A stretch of DNA of 62,857 nucleotides, the filler included. It is 6 parts of 6 records of this genome, joined end to end, with 100 filler letters (N's around TTAATTAATTAA, not from the genome) between each part and the next. Parts side by side here need not be neighbours in the genome. Positions count along the whole stretch, not along the records: positions 1 to 19,881 come from DRR723986_3121; 5 more parts are not named here. One strand, given 5' to 3'. A model generated the notes under the pieces. It searched no databases. It was not told the origin of the DNA and worked only from the letters and a program-made list of their open reading frames with translations. Position numbers and translations under genes: made by a program. Shown in pieces: positions 1 to 8,023 of the stretch; within the stretch, counting starts at the first letter, position 1, and each line of letters opens with the position of its first letter.

Positions 1-513
1 CAGCAGCTTGCAGAGCGCGACGCGGCGGCGCTCACCACCGGAAAGATTGTCGACGGCTGCATCTGATGGCGGGCAGCGCAGGGCTTCCATCGCCATTTCC
101 ACCTGACTTTCCAGGTTCCACAGATCCTGCGCGTCAATCTCGTCCTGAAGCTGTGCGGCTTCCTCGGCGGTTTCGTCCGAGTAGTCCATCATCAACTCGT
201 TGTAGCGGTCGATCTTCGCCTGCTTGTGGGCAACACCTTCCATGACGTTTTCCATCACGGTCTTGGTGTTGTCGAGCTGAGGTTCCTGCGGCAGATAGCC
301 GACTTTCGCACCCTCGGCCGCCCAGGCCTCACCGGTATATTCCTTGTCGATACCGGCCATGATCTTCAGAAGGGTCGACTTACCCGCACCGTTCGGGCCC
401 AGGATACCGATCTTGGCGTCCGGGTAGAACGAGAGATGGATGTTGTCGAGAACCTTCTTGTCGTTATAGGCCTTGGACAGGCCATGCATGTGATAGATGA
501 ACTGGCGCGCCAT
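1..513 (-). CDS. ettA: Energy-dependent translational throttle protein EttA (ABC-F), 5' part; runs off the window edge
   Basis: Reverse strand from ATG at 513 reads MARQFIYHMHGLSKAYNDKKVLDNIHLSFYPDAKIGILGPNGAGKSTLLKIMAG (Walker A), with the signature LSGGERRRVAL near position 1. Confidence 0.93.
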   Translation of the reverse strand, partial: MARQFIYHMHGLSKAYNDKKVLDNIHLSFYPDAKIGILGPNGAGKSTLLKIMAGIDKEYTGEAWAAEGAKVGYLPQEPQLDNTKTVMENVMEGVAHKQAKIDRYNELMMDYSDETAEEAAQLQDEIDAQDLWNLESQVEMAMEALRCPPSDAAVDNLSGGERRRVALCKLL

Positions 514-848
514 GGGGCTCCGCTTCTCCGCTTTCAAAATCTGATGGGATTCTCAGGAATTCTGCGGCGTCTTTTAGGGGAAATGGCGCCCGGGGGCAAT
601 GGGGGGATTTGCCTGAGAACGCCTGTAGAGTTCGTCTCGCAATCAGGCATTACCTGTGCAATCGCAATTAGACCTCTTCCTTGGCCAACTTCCAGCCACC
701 CTCGCTTTGGGATAAGTGTCCTTTTCATTGGACAGTTTACGGACCGACTCCGATTACCAAAGTTTCCAGAAAGCACGCCGCCCCACTCGCGTTAAACGCC
801 GGCCGCTATATTCAGAATTGCAGTTACGCCCAAGAACCTGCCCACCCT

Positions 849-1001
849 GTCATTCCGGACAAGTGCAGCTACGCTGCATGCCGATCCGGAACCCAGCGTG
901 TCAGCGTGAGCAAAGCGAACACTCAATTTGCCGCGCATGGCGCGAAATATCTCTGGATTCCGGATCGGCGCTCGACACCTGTCTCACTTGTCCGGAATGA
1001 C
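849..1001. repeat. REP/MITE-like nested palindromic element (CGTC-tagged type)
   Basis: Perfect 17-bp terminal inverted repeat GTCATTCCGGACAAGTG (849-865)/CACTTGTCCGGAATGAC (985-1001), enclosing a second 17-bp inverted repeat (880-896/953-969) with one mismatch. Confidence 0.85.
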
Positions 1002-1153
1002 GGCGGAATACGCCGTTTCACAGATGAAGTGAGCCAAAAGCGCTTCGAGGGTGACGAAATTTGCGTACCAACTCTGCCCATTCGGCTCTTTTCTCCCCCA
1101 ACCGAAGACCTTAAGGTCACCTCACCTTTCTTCATCACCCCACCGGACCTGCC

Positions 1154-2107
1154 ATGACCTCCATCGATATTCTGATGCCCCGCCCGATGCTGCCGATCGT
1201 TCAGGAGCAGCTTGATGCCGCCTTCACCGTGCACCGGCTCTACGAGGCCGATAATCCGGAAGCGTTGCTGGCGGAAATCGGCGGGAAAATCCGTGGGGTT
1301 GCCATGGCATTCGGGCCGGTCAACGCCGAGTTGCTTGCCAAAATCCCGAACGCGGAAATCGTTTCCAGCTTTGGCGTCGGCTATGACCACGTCAACACGG
1401 ACGATTGCCTGGCGGCGAAGGTGATGGTGACCCATACGCCCGATGTGCTGACGGAAGAAGTTGCCGATACGGCGGTCGGGCTGATGATCATGACCATCCG
1501 CGAATTTGGCCAAGCCGAACAGTGGCTTCGCCGGGGCAATTGGGAAAGCAAGGGGCCCTACAGGCTGACCGGGGCGACCATGCAGGGGCGCACGCTCGGC
1601 ATCTTTGGTCTGGGGCGCATCGGCAAGGCGATTGCCAAGCGGGCCGAAGCCTTCGGCATGAAGATCCATTACCATGGACGCAGCAAACAGGACGACGTCT
1701 CCTACCCCTACCACGCAACGCCGAAGGCGCTGGCTGCGGCCTGCGACACGCTGATGGTGGTGGCGCCTGGTGGCGCGGAAACGAAACATGCGGTCAATGC
1801 GGAGGTGCTGGAAGCACTTGGGCCGGATGGTATCGTCATCAATATCGGCCGGGGCACCGTCATCGACGAGGCCGCATTGATCGCGGCCCTTGAAAACGGC
1901 ACGATCTACGGTGCCGGTCTCGACGTCTTCGAGAACGAGCCGCATGTGCCCGAAGCCCTTCTGAAACTGCCAAGGGTCACCGTACTGCCGCATGTCGGTT
2001 CCGCCTCGCAGGCGACCCGCAATGCCATGGGTCAGCTCGTGGTCGACAACCTGAAAAGCTGGTTCGAAACTGGCAAGGCCATAACGCCAGTGCCGGAAAT
2101 GCGCTGA
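1154..2107 (+). CDS. D-isomer-specific 2-hydroxyacid dehydrogenase (GhrB/HprA-like)
   Basis: GVGYD, GLGRIG Rossmann motif, NIGRG, LDVFENEP and LPHVGSA catalytic motifs. Confidence 0.92.
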   Translation: MTSIDILMPRPMLPIVQEQLDAAFTVHRLYEADNPEALLAEIGGKIRGVAMAFGPVNAELLAKIPNAEIVSSFGVGYDHVNTDDCLAAKVMVTHTPDVLTEEVADTAVGLMIMTIREFGQAEQWLRRGNWESKGPYRLTGATMQGRTLGIFGLGRIGKAIAKRAEAFGMKIHYHGRSKQDDVSYPYHATPKALAAACDTLMVVAPGGAETKHAVNAEVLEALGPDGIVINIGRGTVIDEAALIAALENGTIYGAGLDVFENEPHVPEALLKLPRVTVLPHVGSASQATRNAMGQLVVDNLKSWFETGKAITPVPEMR

Positions 2108-2167
2108 GATTGAGGGCATGCCAGGGCTGCTCGACAACCCGACCCAATTCTTTTCCCGGCTCAGTAT

Positions 2168-2195
2168 TTGACACGCCCGACTTGTGCCTTAGGTT
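2168..2195 (+). promoter_or_regulatory. Putative sigma70 promoter for the downstream structured RNA
   Basis: TTGACA (2168-2173), 16-nt spacer, TAGGTT (2190-2195); no convincing ORF follows on this strand. Confidence 0.55.
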
Positions 2196-2199
2196 TATG

Positions 2200-2500
2200 G
2201 ATCAAGCGCATCCTTTCTGCTTGCGATGCGCTTACCCGATAGGCGTGGATCCATCAGACCACATAAACCACGCCGGGATGCCGACTGGGGCGGCTGGTGA
2301 ACCAAAAGACGAATGCGTTCAGAAGCCTACTCAACACCGGCTGTTCGCCCGGATCCGTGAGCGGGTCCAGTTTGCCTGCGGAAGTGGCCCGTTTGCTCGG
2401 GGTACCTCGCAACGGCAGAAGACGACATCCCAGGTCGCAGAAGGTGGCTGGCGACGTAACCTCCGCCAGCACCCTGGGCCGGCCCCTTCCGGGCCGGTCC
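2200..2500 (+). ncRNA. Putative structured ncRNA (IS110 non-coding-end/bridge-RNA-like architecture, no adjacent transposase)
   Basis: Consecutive and nested helices: 2204-2212/2225-2233, 2242-2248/2268-2274, 2275-2283/2423-2431, 2288-2299/2335-2346 (G-U rich), 2359-2365/2388-2394, 2447-2453/2464-2470, and terminal hairpin 2476-2500. Confidence 0.6.
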
Positions 2501-2546
2501 GCACCGAAACACCTGTTGCTGAGGCAAGGCCCAAAACTGAACCTTC

Positions 2547-2900
2547 TCACTTCGTTCCACCGGCCGGGCACCTGAACGGTGTAAAGGTGCTGCCCATGTT
2601 TGCGCTGACGGTCATCATCGTCAGAATGTCGGCAAAGGCGAATTCGGCGGGTGTTTTCGGGCAAACGGCTTTCGCCGCGAAACACCCCCCTTCGATAAAG
2701 GCATCATGTTCGGCAACGAAACCGGGCCGCATTTGCGAACGACTGACATTTTCGAACGCCACCCGGACGATCTCCTGGTAGTAGGCGCATCTTCTGGTGC
2801 GCTTTTGTTCGCGTGTTTCCTCGGCAGATGCCTGGGAGAAAACAGCTACTACCGCGACAAGCGCCAACGGCAAGACAAACAAGGTTCTTGGAACGGACAA
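2547..2900 (-). CDS. Small secreted hypothetical protein with 4 Cys
   Basis: GGAG RBS 6 nt before TTG start; N-terminal hydrophobic signal peptide ending in ASA; directly downstream of bla on the same strand. Confidence 0.7.
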   Translation of the reverse strand: MSVPRTLFVLPLALVAVVAVFSQASAEETREQKRTRRCAYYQEIVRVAFENVSRSQMRPGFVAEHDAFIEGGCFAAKAVCPKTPAEFAFADILTMMTVSANMGSTFTPFRCPAGGTK

Positions 2901-2983
2901 GGCTGACTCCGTCGGAAGCTGCAGGACATTTCCAGAGGCAGAGGCGCCCGGGCGAATGAAGGGATCCGCCCGGACGAGAACAC

Positions 2984-3880
2984 TCAGTCGTGGAGACTTT
3001 CGGCAAGTGCGGCTGCGATATCGGCAATCGCCTTGTTGCGGTCGTCAAAGGAAGCGTCGGTCTGCGTGATATAGACCGCGATCACGACGGGCTCCCGATC
3101 GTCTGGCCAGATCACGCCGATGTTGTTGCGCGAGCCATTGGCCCCAGCCCCGGTCTTGTCGGCGACCGGCCATTCTTCCGGCAGCCCGGCACGCAAGGTC
3201 GCGTTACCCACCTTGTTGTCCAACAGCCAGCCTGTCAGCTGGGCTCTGGCGGTGGACGAAAGGGCATTGCCCAGAACCAGTTTCTGCAACGTGGCAACTG
3301 CCGCTGCCGGGGTGGTGGTGTCACGGGCATCGCCCGGCCGGCCTTCATTGAGACCCGGCTCCGCCCGGTCCAACCTAGTGATGGTGTCGCCAATACCCCG
3401 AAGGTAATCCGTGAGTCCTGCCGGTCCACCGACAGCCTCCAGCACGAGATTGGCCGCCGCATTGTCGCTGATCGCAACGGCCGCTTCACACAGTTCCAGA
3501 TAGGTCATTCCTCCGGAGCCGACCTTTTTCTCGGTAACCGGCGAATAGGAGACGAGGTCTTGCGAGCGGATCTTCACGCGGCGTTCCGGCTGAACCTCAC
3601 CCTGCTCGCCCTTTTCCAGAAGGGCGGCACACAGAAAGGCCTTGAAGGTGCTGTTGAGCGGAAAACGCTCGTCGGCGCGGTGGGTCCAGGTCTTGCCGGT
3701 TTCCGTATCCAGCACCGCTACCCCGATCCGGGCAGACAGTCGGCTCTCGGCACCGGTGACGGTTTTCTCAAGTGGTGCGGGTTCGAACCCGGCGGCGTGT
3801 GCCAATCCGGAAATTGCCGGAAACCCGGCAAAAAGGGCAAGGGAAAGCGTCAACGCGTTACGGCGTGTCCAGAGTTTCAT
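2984..3880 (-). CDS. bla: Class A serine beta-lactamase
   Basis: STFK (SxxK), SDN, DRAEPGLN (omega-loop E166) and KTG motifs; GGAG RBS before ATG 3880; twin-arginine-like signal TRRNAL. Confidence 0.95.
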   Translation of the reverse strand: MKLWTRRNALTLSLALFAGFPAISGLAHAAGFEPAPLEKTVTGAESRLSARIGVAVLDTETGKTWTHRADERFPLNSTFKAFLCAALLEKGEQGEVQPERRVKIRSQDLVSYSPVTEKKVGSGGMTYLELCEAAVAISDNAAANLVLEAVGGPAGLTDYLRGIGDTITRLDRAEPGLNEGRPGDARDTTTPAAAVATLQKLVLGNALSSTARAQLTGWLLDNKVGNATLRAGLPEEWPVADKTGAGANGSRNNIGVIWPDDREPVVIAVYITQTDASFDDRNKAIADIAAALAESLHD

Positions 3881-4007
3881 CTTCAACTCCAATGATGAAT
3901 ACAAACAGCCCGAACCGGTGTGGTGTGTCGCCCCCCGCACCATTCGTCTTCGGGACACCGCGACAGTGCCGCTGCCTCAGATATAACGCAAATGATGAAT
4001 ACTGAGG

Positions 4008-4033
4008 TTAGACATGAGTAAAACTTGGCCTAA
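4008..4033. promoter_or_regulatory. Possible AmpR/LysR operator
   Basis: Imperfect dyad TTAGACATGAGT-AAA-ACTTGGCCTAA in the divergent bla/ampR intergenic region. Confidence 0.35.
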
Positions 4034-4044
4034 GTTGGATCCGG

Positions 4045-4914
4045 ATGGACGTCTCGAAACTTCCGCTCAATGCCTTGAGAGCCTTTGAAGCCTCTGCAAG
4101 GCTCTGCAGCTTTACACGCGCCGGCCTGGAACTGCGGGTATCGCAGACTGCCGTCAGCCACCAGGTGAAGGCGCTGGAGGACGTGTTGCAGGTGTCCCTG
4201 TTCGAGCGCCTTCCGCGCGGCGTTGCCCTGACGGACGAAGGACTGGCGCTGCTACCTGTACTGAGCGATGCCTTCCGGCGGATGAGCGATGCGCTCAGCC
4301 GGTTCGAGGATGGCAACTACCGGGAGGTGCTGACGGTCGGCGCCGTCGCCACTCTCGCGACCGGCTGGCTGTTGCCCCGCCTTTCCGGCTTTGCCAGGGC
4401 CCATCCGCAGATCGATCTGCGGCTGAAAACCAACAACAACCGCGCGGACATTCTTGCAGATGGTCTCGACTGTTTCCTGCGCTTCGGCGACGGGGCCTGG
4501 CATGCCACCAACGCGGTCAAGCTGATGGACGCCCCGCTATCGCCTATCTGTTCACCTGGAACCGCTGCCCGGCTAACCAAGCCGGAAGACCTTGTGCACG
4601 AGCCCCTGCTGAGATCCTACAGGTTGGATGAATGGGCCATGTGGTTCCAGGCAGCGAAACTGCCGCCACCACGGGCGCGTGGCTGGATGTTCGACAGTTC
4701 TCTTGCGATGGTTGAAGCTGTCACGCAGGGCGCGGGCGTCGCACTGGTGCCGACAGCGATGTTCAGCCGCCCCCTCGCGTCCGGCGTGATCGTGCAGCCT
4801 TTCCAGACCAGCGTCCTGACGGGAAGCTACTGGCTGACCTGGCTGAAGTCGCGGGAGGAGACCAGCGCCATGCAGAAGTTCCGCTTGTGGATGCTGGAGA
4901 CGGTTTCCACGTAA
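4045..4914 (+). CDS. ampR: AmpR-type LysR transcriptional regulator
   Basis: LPLNALRAFEASAR HTH start, VSQTAVSHQVK, TNNNR, RFGDGAW and FDSS AmpR-like motifs; divergent from the beta-lactamase. Confidence 0.9.
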   Translation: MDVSKLPLNALRAFEASARLCSFTRAGLELRVSQTAVSHQVKALEDVLQVSLFERLPRGVALTDEGLALLPVLSDAFRRMSDALSRFEDGNYREVLTVGAVATLATGWLLPRLSGFARAHPQIDLRLKTNNNRADILADGLDCFLRFGDGAWHATNAVKLMDAPLSPICSPGTAARLTKPEDLVHEPLLRSYRLDEWAMWFQAAKLPPPRARGWMFDSSLAMVEAVTQGAGVALVPTAMFSRPLASGVIVQPFQTSVLTGSYWLTWLKSREETSAMQKFRLWMLETVST

Positions 4915-4933
4915 AAGGAGGCAATCGCTCACC

Positions 4934-5659
4934 TCAAGGCTTTCGCCCCTTCACCATTTCGCGTTTGCCGGCAAAGCCTTCAGCCTTTTCAATCTCGAAC
5001 CCGGCAGCCTGAAGATTGCGGCGAACCCAGCCGGCAGCCGTGTAAGTTGCCAATGTTCCACCATGGGCCGTCAGGTCAGCCGCCACCTTCAGAAGGTCCG
5101 CGTCCCAGAGCTCCGGATTGCGTGCCGGACTGAAACCGTCGAGAAACCAGGCATCGATGGGGGCAATTGCCGGTTCTCCTCCCTCGCCCTCACCTGCCAT
5201 TCCGGCGTTCAGCTCACCGATCAGCTCACGCGCATCGCCAATGCCGATCTGGAGGTTGGCTCCGCCAATTGTCAGGCTATTCCAACCCGTCTCGGGCGAC
5301 CAGGCCTGCAGCAGCTCATCTGCCAGCGGGGCCAGTTCGGGAAAGGCCGCAAGGGCCCGCGCCAGCTGTTCTCCCGTCATCGGGAACAGTTCGAAGGTCA
5401 CGAACGTCAGGTCCGGCCGATTGGTCCTTTCCTGCCACGCCGCAAGGGTGGTGAGGAAATTGAGGCCTGTTCCGAAGCCGAACTCTGCAATGGTGAAACG
5501 CTCGCAGCCATCGAACCGGCCAGGCAAGCCATTTCCTTGCAGAAACACGTGACGCGTTTCTGCAAGCCCCCCGGCCTTGGAAAAATACGTGTCGTTGAAG
5601 CCTTCAGCCCGGGGCACATCGCCCTGCAGCCATTCCAGATCCGGTGCCTTGATCGACAT
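4934..5659 (-). CDS. mnmD: tRNA 5-aminomethyl-2-thiouridine methyltransferase (stand-alone MnmC methyltransferase domain, MnmD)
   Basis: FNDTYFS, ETRHVFL, EFGFGTGLNF, WFLDGFSPARNPELW and KREM motifs. Confidence 0.88.
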   Translation of the reverse strand: MSIKAPDLEWLQGDVPRAEGFNDTYFSKAGGLAETRHVFLQGNGLPGRFDGCERFTIAEFGFGTGLNFLTTLAAWQERTNRPDLTFVTFELFPMTGEQLARALAAFPELAPLADELLQAWSPETGWNSLTIGGANLQIGIGDARELIGELNAGMAGEGEGGEPAIAPIDAWFLDGFSPARNPELWDADLLKVAADLTAHGGTLATYTAAGWVRRNLQAAGFEIEKAEGFAGKREMVKGRKP

Positions 5660-5763
5660 GATCTTGAGGTTTCCTTCGGGGCGCACCCATCAGCCTTTGC
5701 CATTTGCAACGCGTTCTCATAAGAGAGCCGACAGGATCAATCAATCTCAAAGGACCCCGCCCC

Positions 5764-6924
5764 ATGGCAGCAACCGACGCCGAAACTTTCGATGTTGCCA
5801 TTGCCGGAGCCGGTATTTTCGGTCTCGCTGTTGCCCGGGCAGCGATCGAGGCCGGGCTGAAGGTGGTCGTTCTTGAGAAAAGCTACGTTGGTGCCGGGTC
5901 CAGTGGAGGTGTGCTGGGGGCGTTGATGCCGCACATGCCGGCACGCTGGAACCCCAAGAAGGAATTCCAGTTCCAGGCCCTGCTGTGTCTGGAAGACCGC
6001 ATCCGCCAACTGGAAAGCCAAACAAGGCTTTCCTGCGGCTATCACCGTTGTGGACGCATCCTGCCGCTGACGACAACCGACAAGCTGGAGCACCATCTGG
6101 AGCGGGCGGAAGAAAGCAAGCTGCGCTGGCAACCTCAGGAAACCGGTTTTACCTATGTGGTTGAACCTGCCGGAAGCCGGTCTGACTGGCTGGACGCGAA
6201 TGCCGCTCCCTTCGGCATCGTCTATGAAACCCTTGCCGCGCGGATCTCCCCAAGGGCTTATCTGGCAAGCCTTGCCAGCTTCGTCCGCCAGAACGGCAGT
6301 CTGCGGGAAGGCGTTGAAGCGGTCGGTTACGAGGATGCAACACAGACCGTCCTGCTCGCCGACGGACATGCCCCCGTCAAGACACGGCAATTCGTCGTTT
6401 CAGGAGGATTTGCGGCTTTCGACCTGCTCGAAACGCTGACCGGCGAACGCATCGGACGTGGAGAGAAAGGCCAGGCCCTTGTGCTGGAGGGCAAGGGACT
6501 GGAAGACAGGCCAGCGATCTATTGCGACGGGCTTTACGTCGTGCCGCATGACGACGGTACCGTCGCCATTGGCAGCACATCCGAACGGGAATTCGAAGAC
6601 GCCGCCCCCTCACCAGCCCGTTCAACCGAACTGCTGGAACGCGCCACCGCCTTTTGTCCGCAATTGAAGGGCCGAGAGGTTCTTTCCGACTGGGCCGGTA
6701 TCCGCCCCCGCAATTATAGGCGAGACCCGTTGGCAGGAAAACTGCCTGGCTTTGACACCGCCTTCGCGGCAACAGGCGGCTTCAAGATATCCTTCGGCAT
6801 TGCACATCTGATAGCGGATGCCCTGGTGGCGGAGATGACTGGCAGAGAACCTGTTGTTCCTCTGCCAGAGACATTTCGCCCGGCGCACCACTTCGGCAGC
6901 GGCAGACTGGATGCAGATCGCTAA
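5764..6924 (+). CDS. FAD-dependent oxidoreductase (DAO family, MnmC C-terminal-like)
   Basis: GAGIFG dinucleotide fold, KGQ, WAGIRP and GGFKISFGIA; divergent from mnmD. Confidence 0.8.
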   Translation: MAATDAETFDVAIAGAGIFGLAVARAAIEAGLKVVVLEKSYVGAGSSGGVLGALMPHMPARWNPKKEFQFQALLCLEDRIRQLESQTRLSCGYHRCGRILPLTTTDKLEHHLERAEESKLRWQPQETGFTYVVEPAGSRSDWLDANAAPFGIVYETLAARISPRAYLASLASFVRQNGSLREGVEAVGYEDATQTVLLADGHAPVKTRQFVVSGGFAAFDLLETLTGERIGRGEKGQALVLEGKGLEDRPAIYCDGLYVVPHDDGTVAIGSTSEREFEDAAPSPARSTELLERATAFCPQLKGREVLSDWAGIRPRNYRRDPLAGKLPGFDTAFAATGGFKISFGIAHLIADALVAEMTGREPVVPLPETFRPAHHFGSGRLDADR

Positions 6925-7069
6925 AGGAGCTCGCGTTCACGCAATCGCCGACCGCAGAAGCCGACGGCGCGCATGCAATGAAAGGTTGTATATGCGATTG
7001 CGGGTGATGAGACATGACCGCGAACTTGACGCGGTTCGTTCAATCACAATCGGTTTACGCACCTGCTGC

Positions 7070-7165
7070 CTAGATGGCAGCAACCACCGCGTAAAGACCG
7101 TAAAGGCTGAGCGAAATCGTCCCCCAGAACAGGAGATTTTTCGCCACCAAAAATGGCAAATTCAT
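7070..7165 (-). CDS. 31-aa small membrane peptide (hypothetical)
   Basis: MNLPFLVAKNLLFWGTISLSLYGLYAVVAAI; single hydrophobic helix; purine-rich GGGTGG just before ATG. Confidence 0.55.
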   Translation of the reverse strand: MNLPFLVAKNLLFWGTISLSLYGLYAVVAAI

Positions 7166-7343
7166 AGACCCACCCTGATGAGCTGCATAGTCAGCCTGCT
7201 TCCTCCTCTCCACCCCAGAGGATTCAACTTCGGTTCCGGCTGTAGCTGCTCTCGCCATTTCGGCAATCCTTGAACGACTTAACCAATAGCCATCTGGAAC
7301 CCATTTCCATCGGCCACACACAGTACCGTTTACGTCGTAAATG

Positions 7344-7359
7344 GTTAAAACCCGTTTAA
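7344..7359 (-). promoter_or_regulatory. CtrA-binding box
   Basis: Minus strand reads TTAA-ACGGGTT-TTAAC, an exact TTAA-N7-TTAAC consensus. Confidence 0.6.
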
Positions 7360-7495
7360 GATTAACATGAATCTTTTCTTAATTTACAGCACAATGAAAT
7401 TGTTGATATGCACAAATTATGGCCCGGCCCGCGCAGCTCTTGCGCGTCCCTCCCTGCCGGTCTTGTTTGATCCGACCTGAAGGAAGCCCTGCAGC

Positions 7496-7981
7496 ATGAG
7501 CCTTGAAAGCGTTCGCAACCACCTTGCCAGTGCCGCCCCCGAACTTGAAGTCATCGTGACGGAAGACAGCAGTGCCACGGTCGACCTTGCCGCCAAGGCA
7601 CATGGGGTCGAGCCCGGACAGATTGCCAAGACGCTCTCGTTTCAGCTCAAGGACAAGATCTTTCTGGTGGTTGCCCGCGGCGATGCCCGCATGGACAACA
7701 AGAAGGCGAAAGCAACCTTTGGTGGCAAGGTGAAGATGCTGGGCCTTGATGAAGTGGAAACGCTGACAGGCCACCCCGTCGGCGGCGTATGCCCTTTCGG
7801 CCTTGCCCAGCCGTTGCCTGTCTACTGCGATGTCTCGCTGAAGGAATATGACGTGGTCATTCCCGCCGCCGGCGCGACCAATGCCGCCGTCAGGATACCG
7901 CCGGAGCGCATAGCAGAAATCACCGGTGCGGAATGGGTGGACGTCTGCCAGCCACCGCAGGATGCGTCACCGCAAGCATAA
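7496..7981 (+). CDS. YbaK/EbsC family aminoacyl-tRNA deacylase
   Basis: QIAKTL, TGHPVGGVCPFG and PAAG motifs. Confidence 0.88.
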   Translation: MSLESVRNHLASAAPELEVIVTEDSSATVDLAAKAHGVEPGQIAKTLSFQLKDKIFLVVARGDARMDNKKAKATFGGKVKMLGLDEVETLTGHPVGGVCPFGLAQPLPVYCDVSLKEYDVVIPAAGATNAAVRIPPERIAEITGAEWVDVCQPPQDASPQA

Positions 7982-8023
7982 GAGCCACATGAATCCAGAC
8001 GTTCGCCCGGTGCCTGCCAGGCG

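Noticed and set aside
2110-2781. Overlapping ORFs across the structured element (2110-2781, 2254-2685, 2297-2575)
   Set aside because: No RBS or motifs, atypical composition and overlap with the 2547-2900 gene; RNA structure explains the region better.
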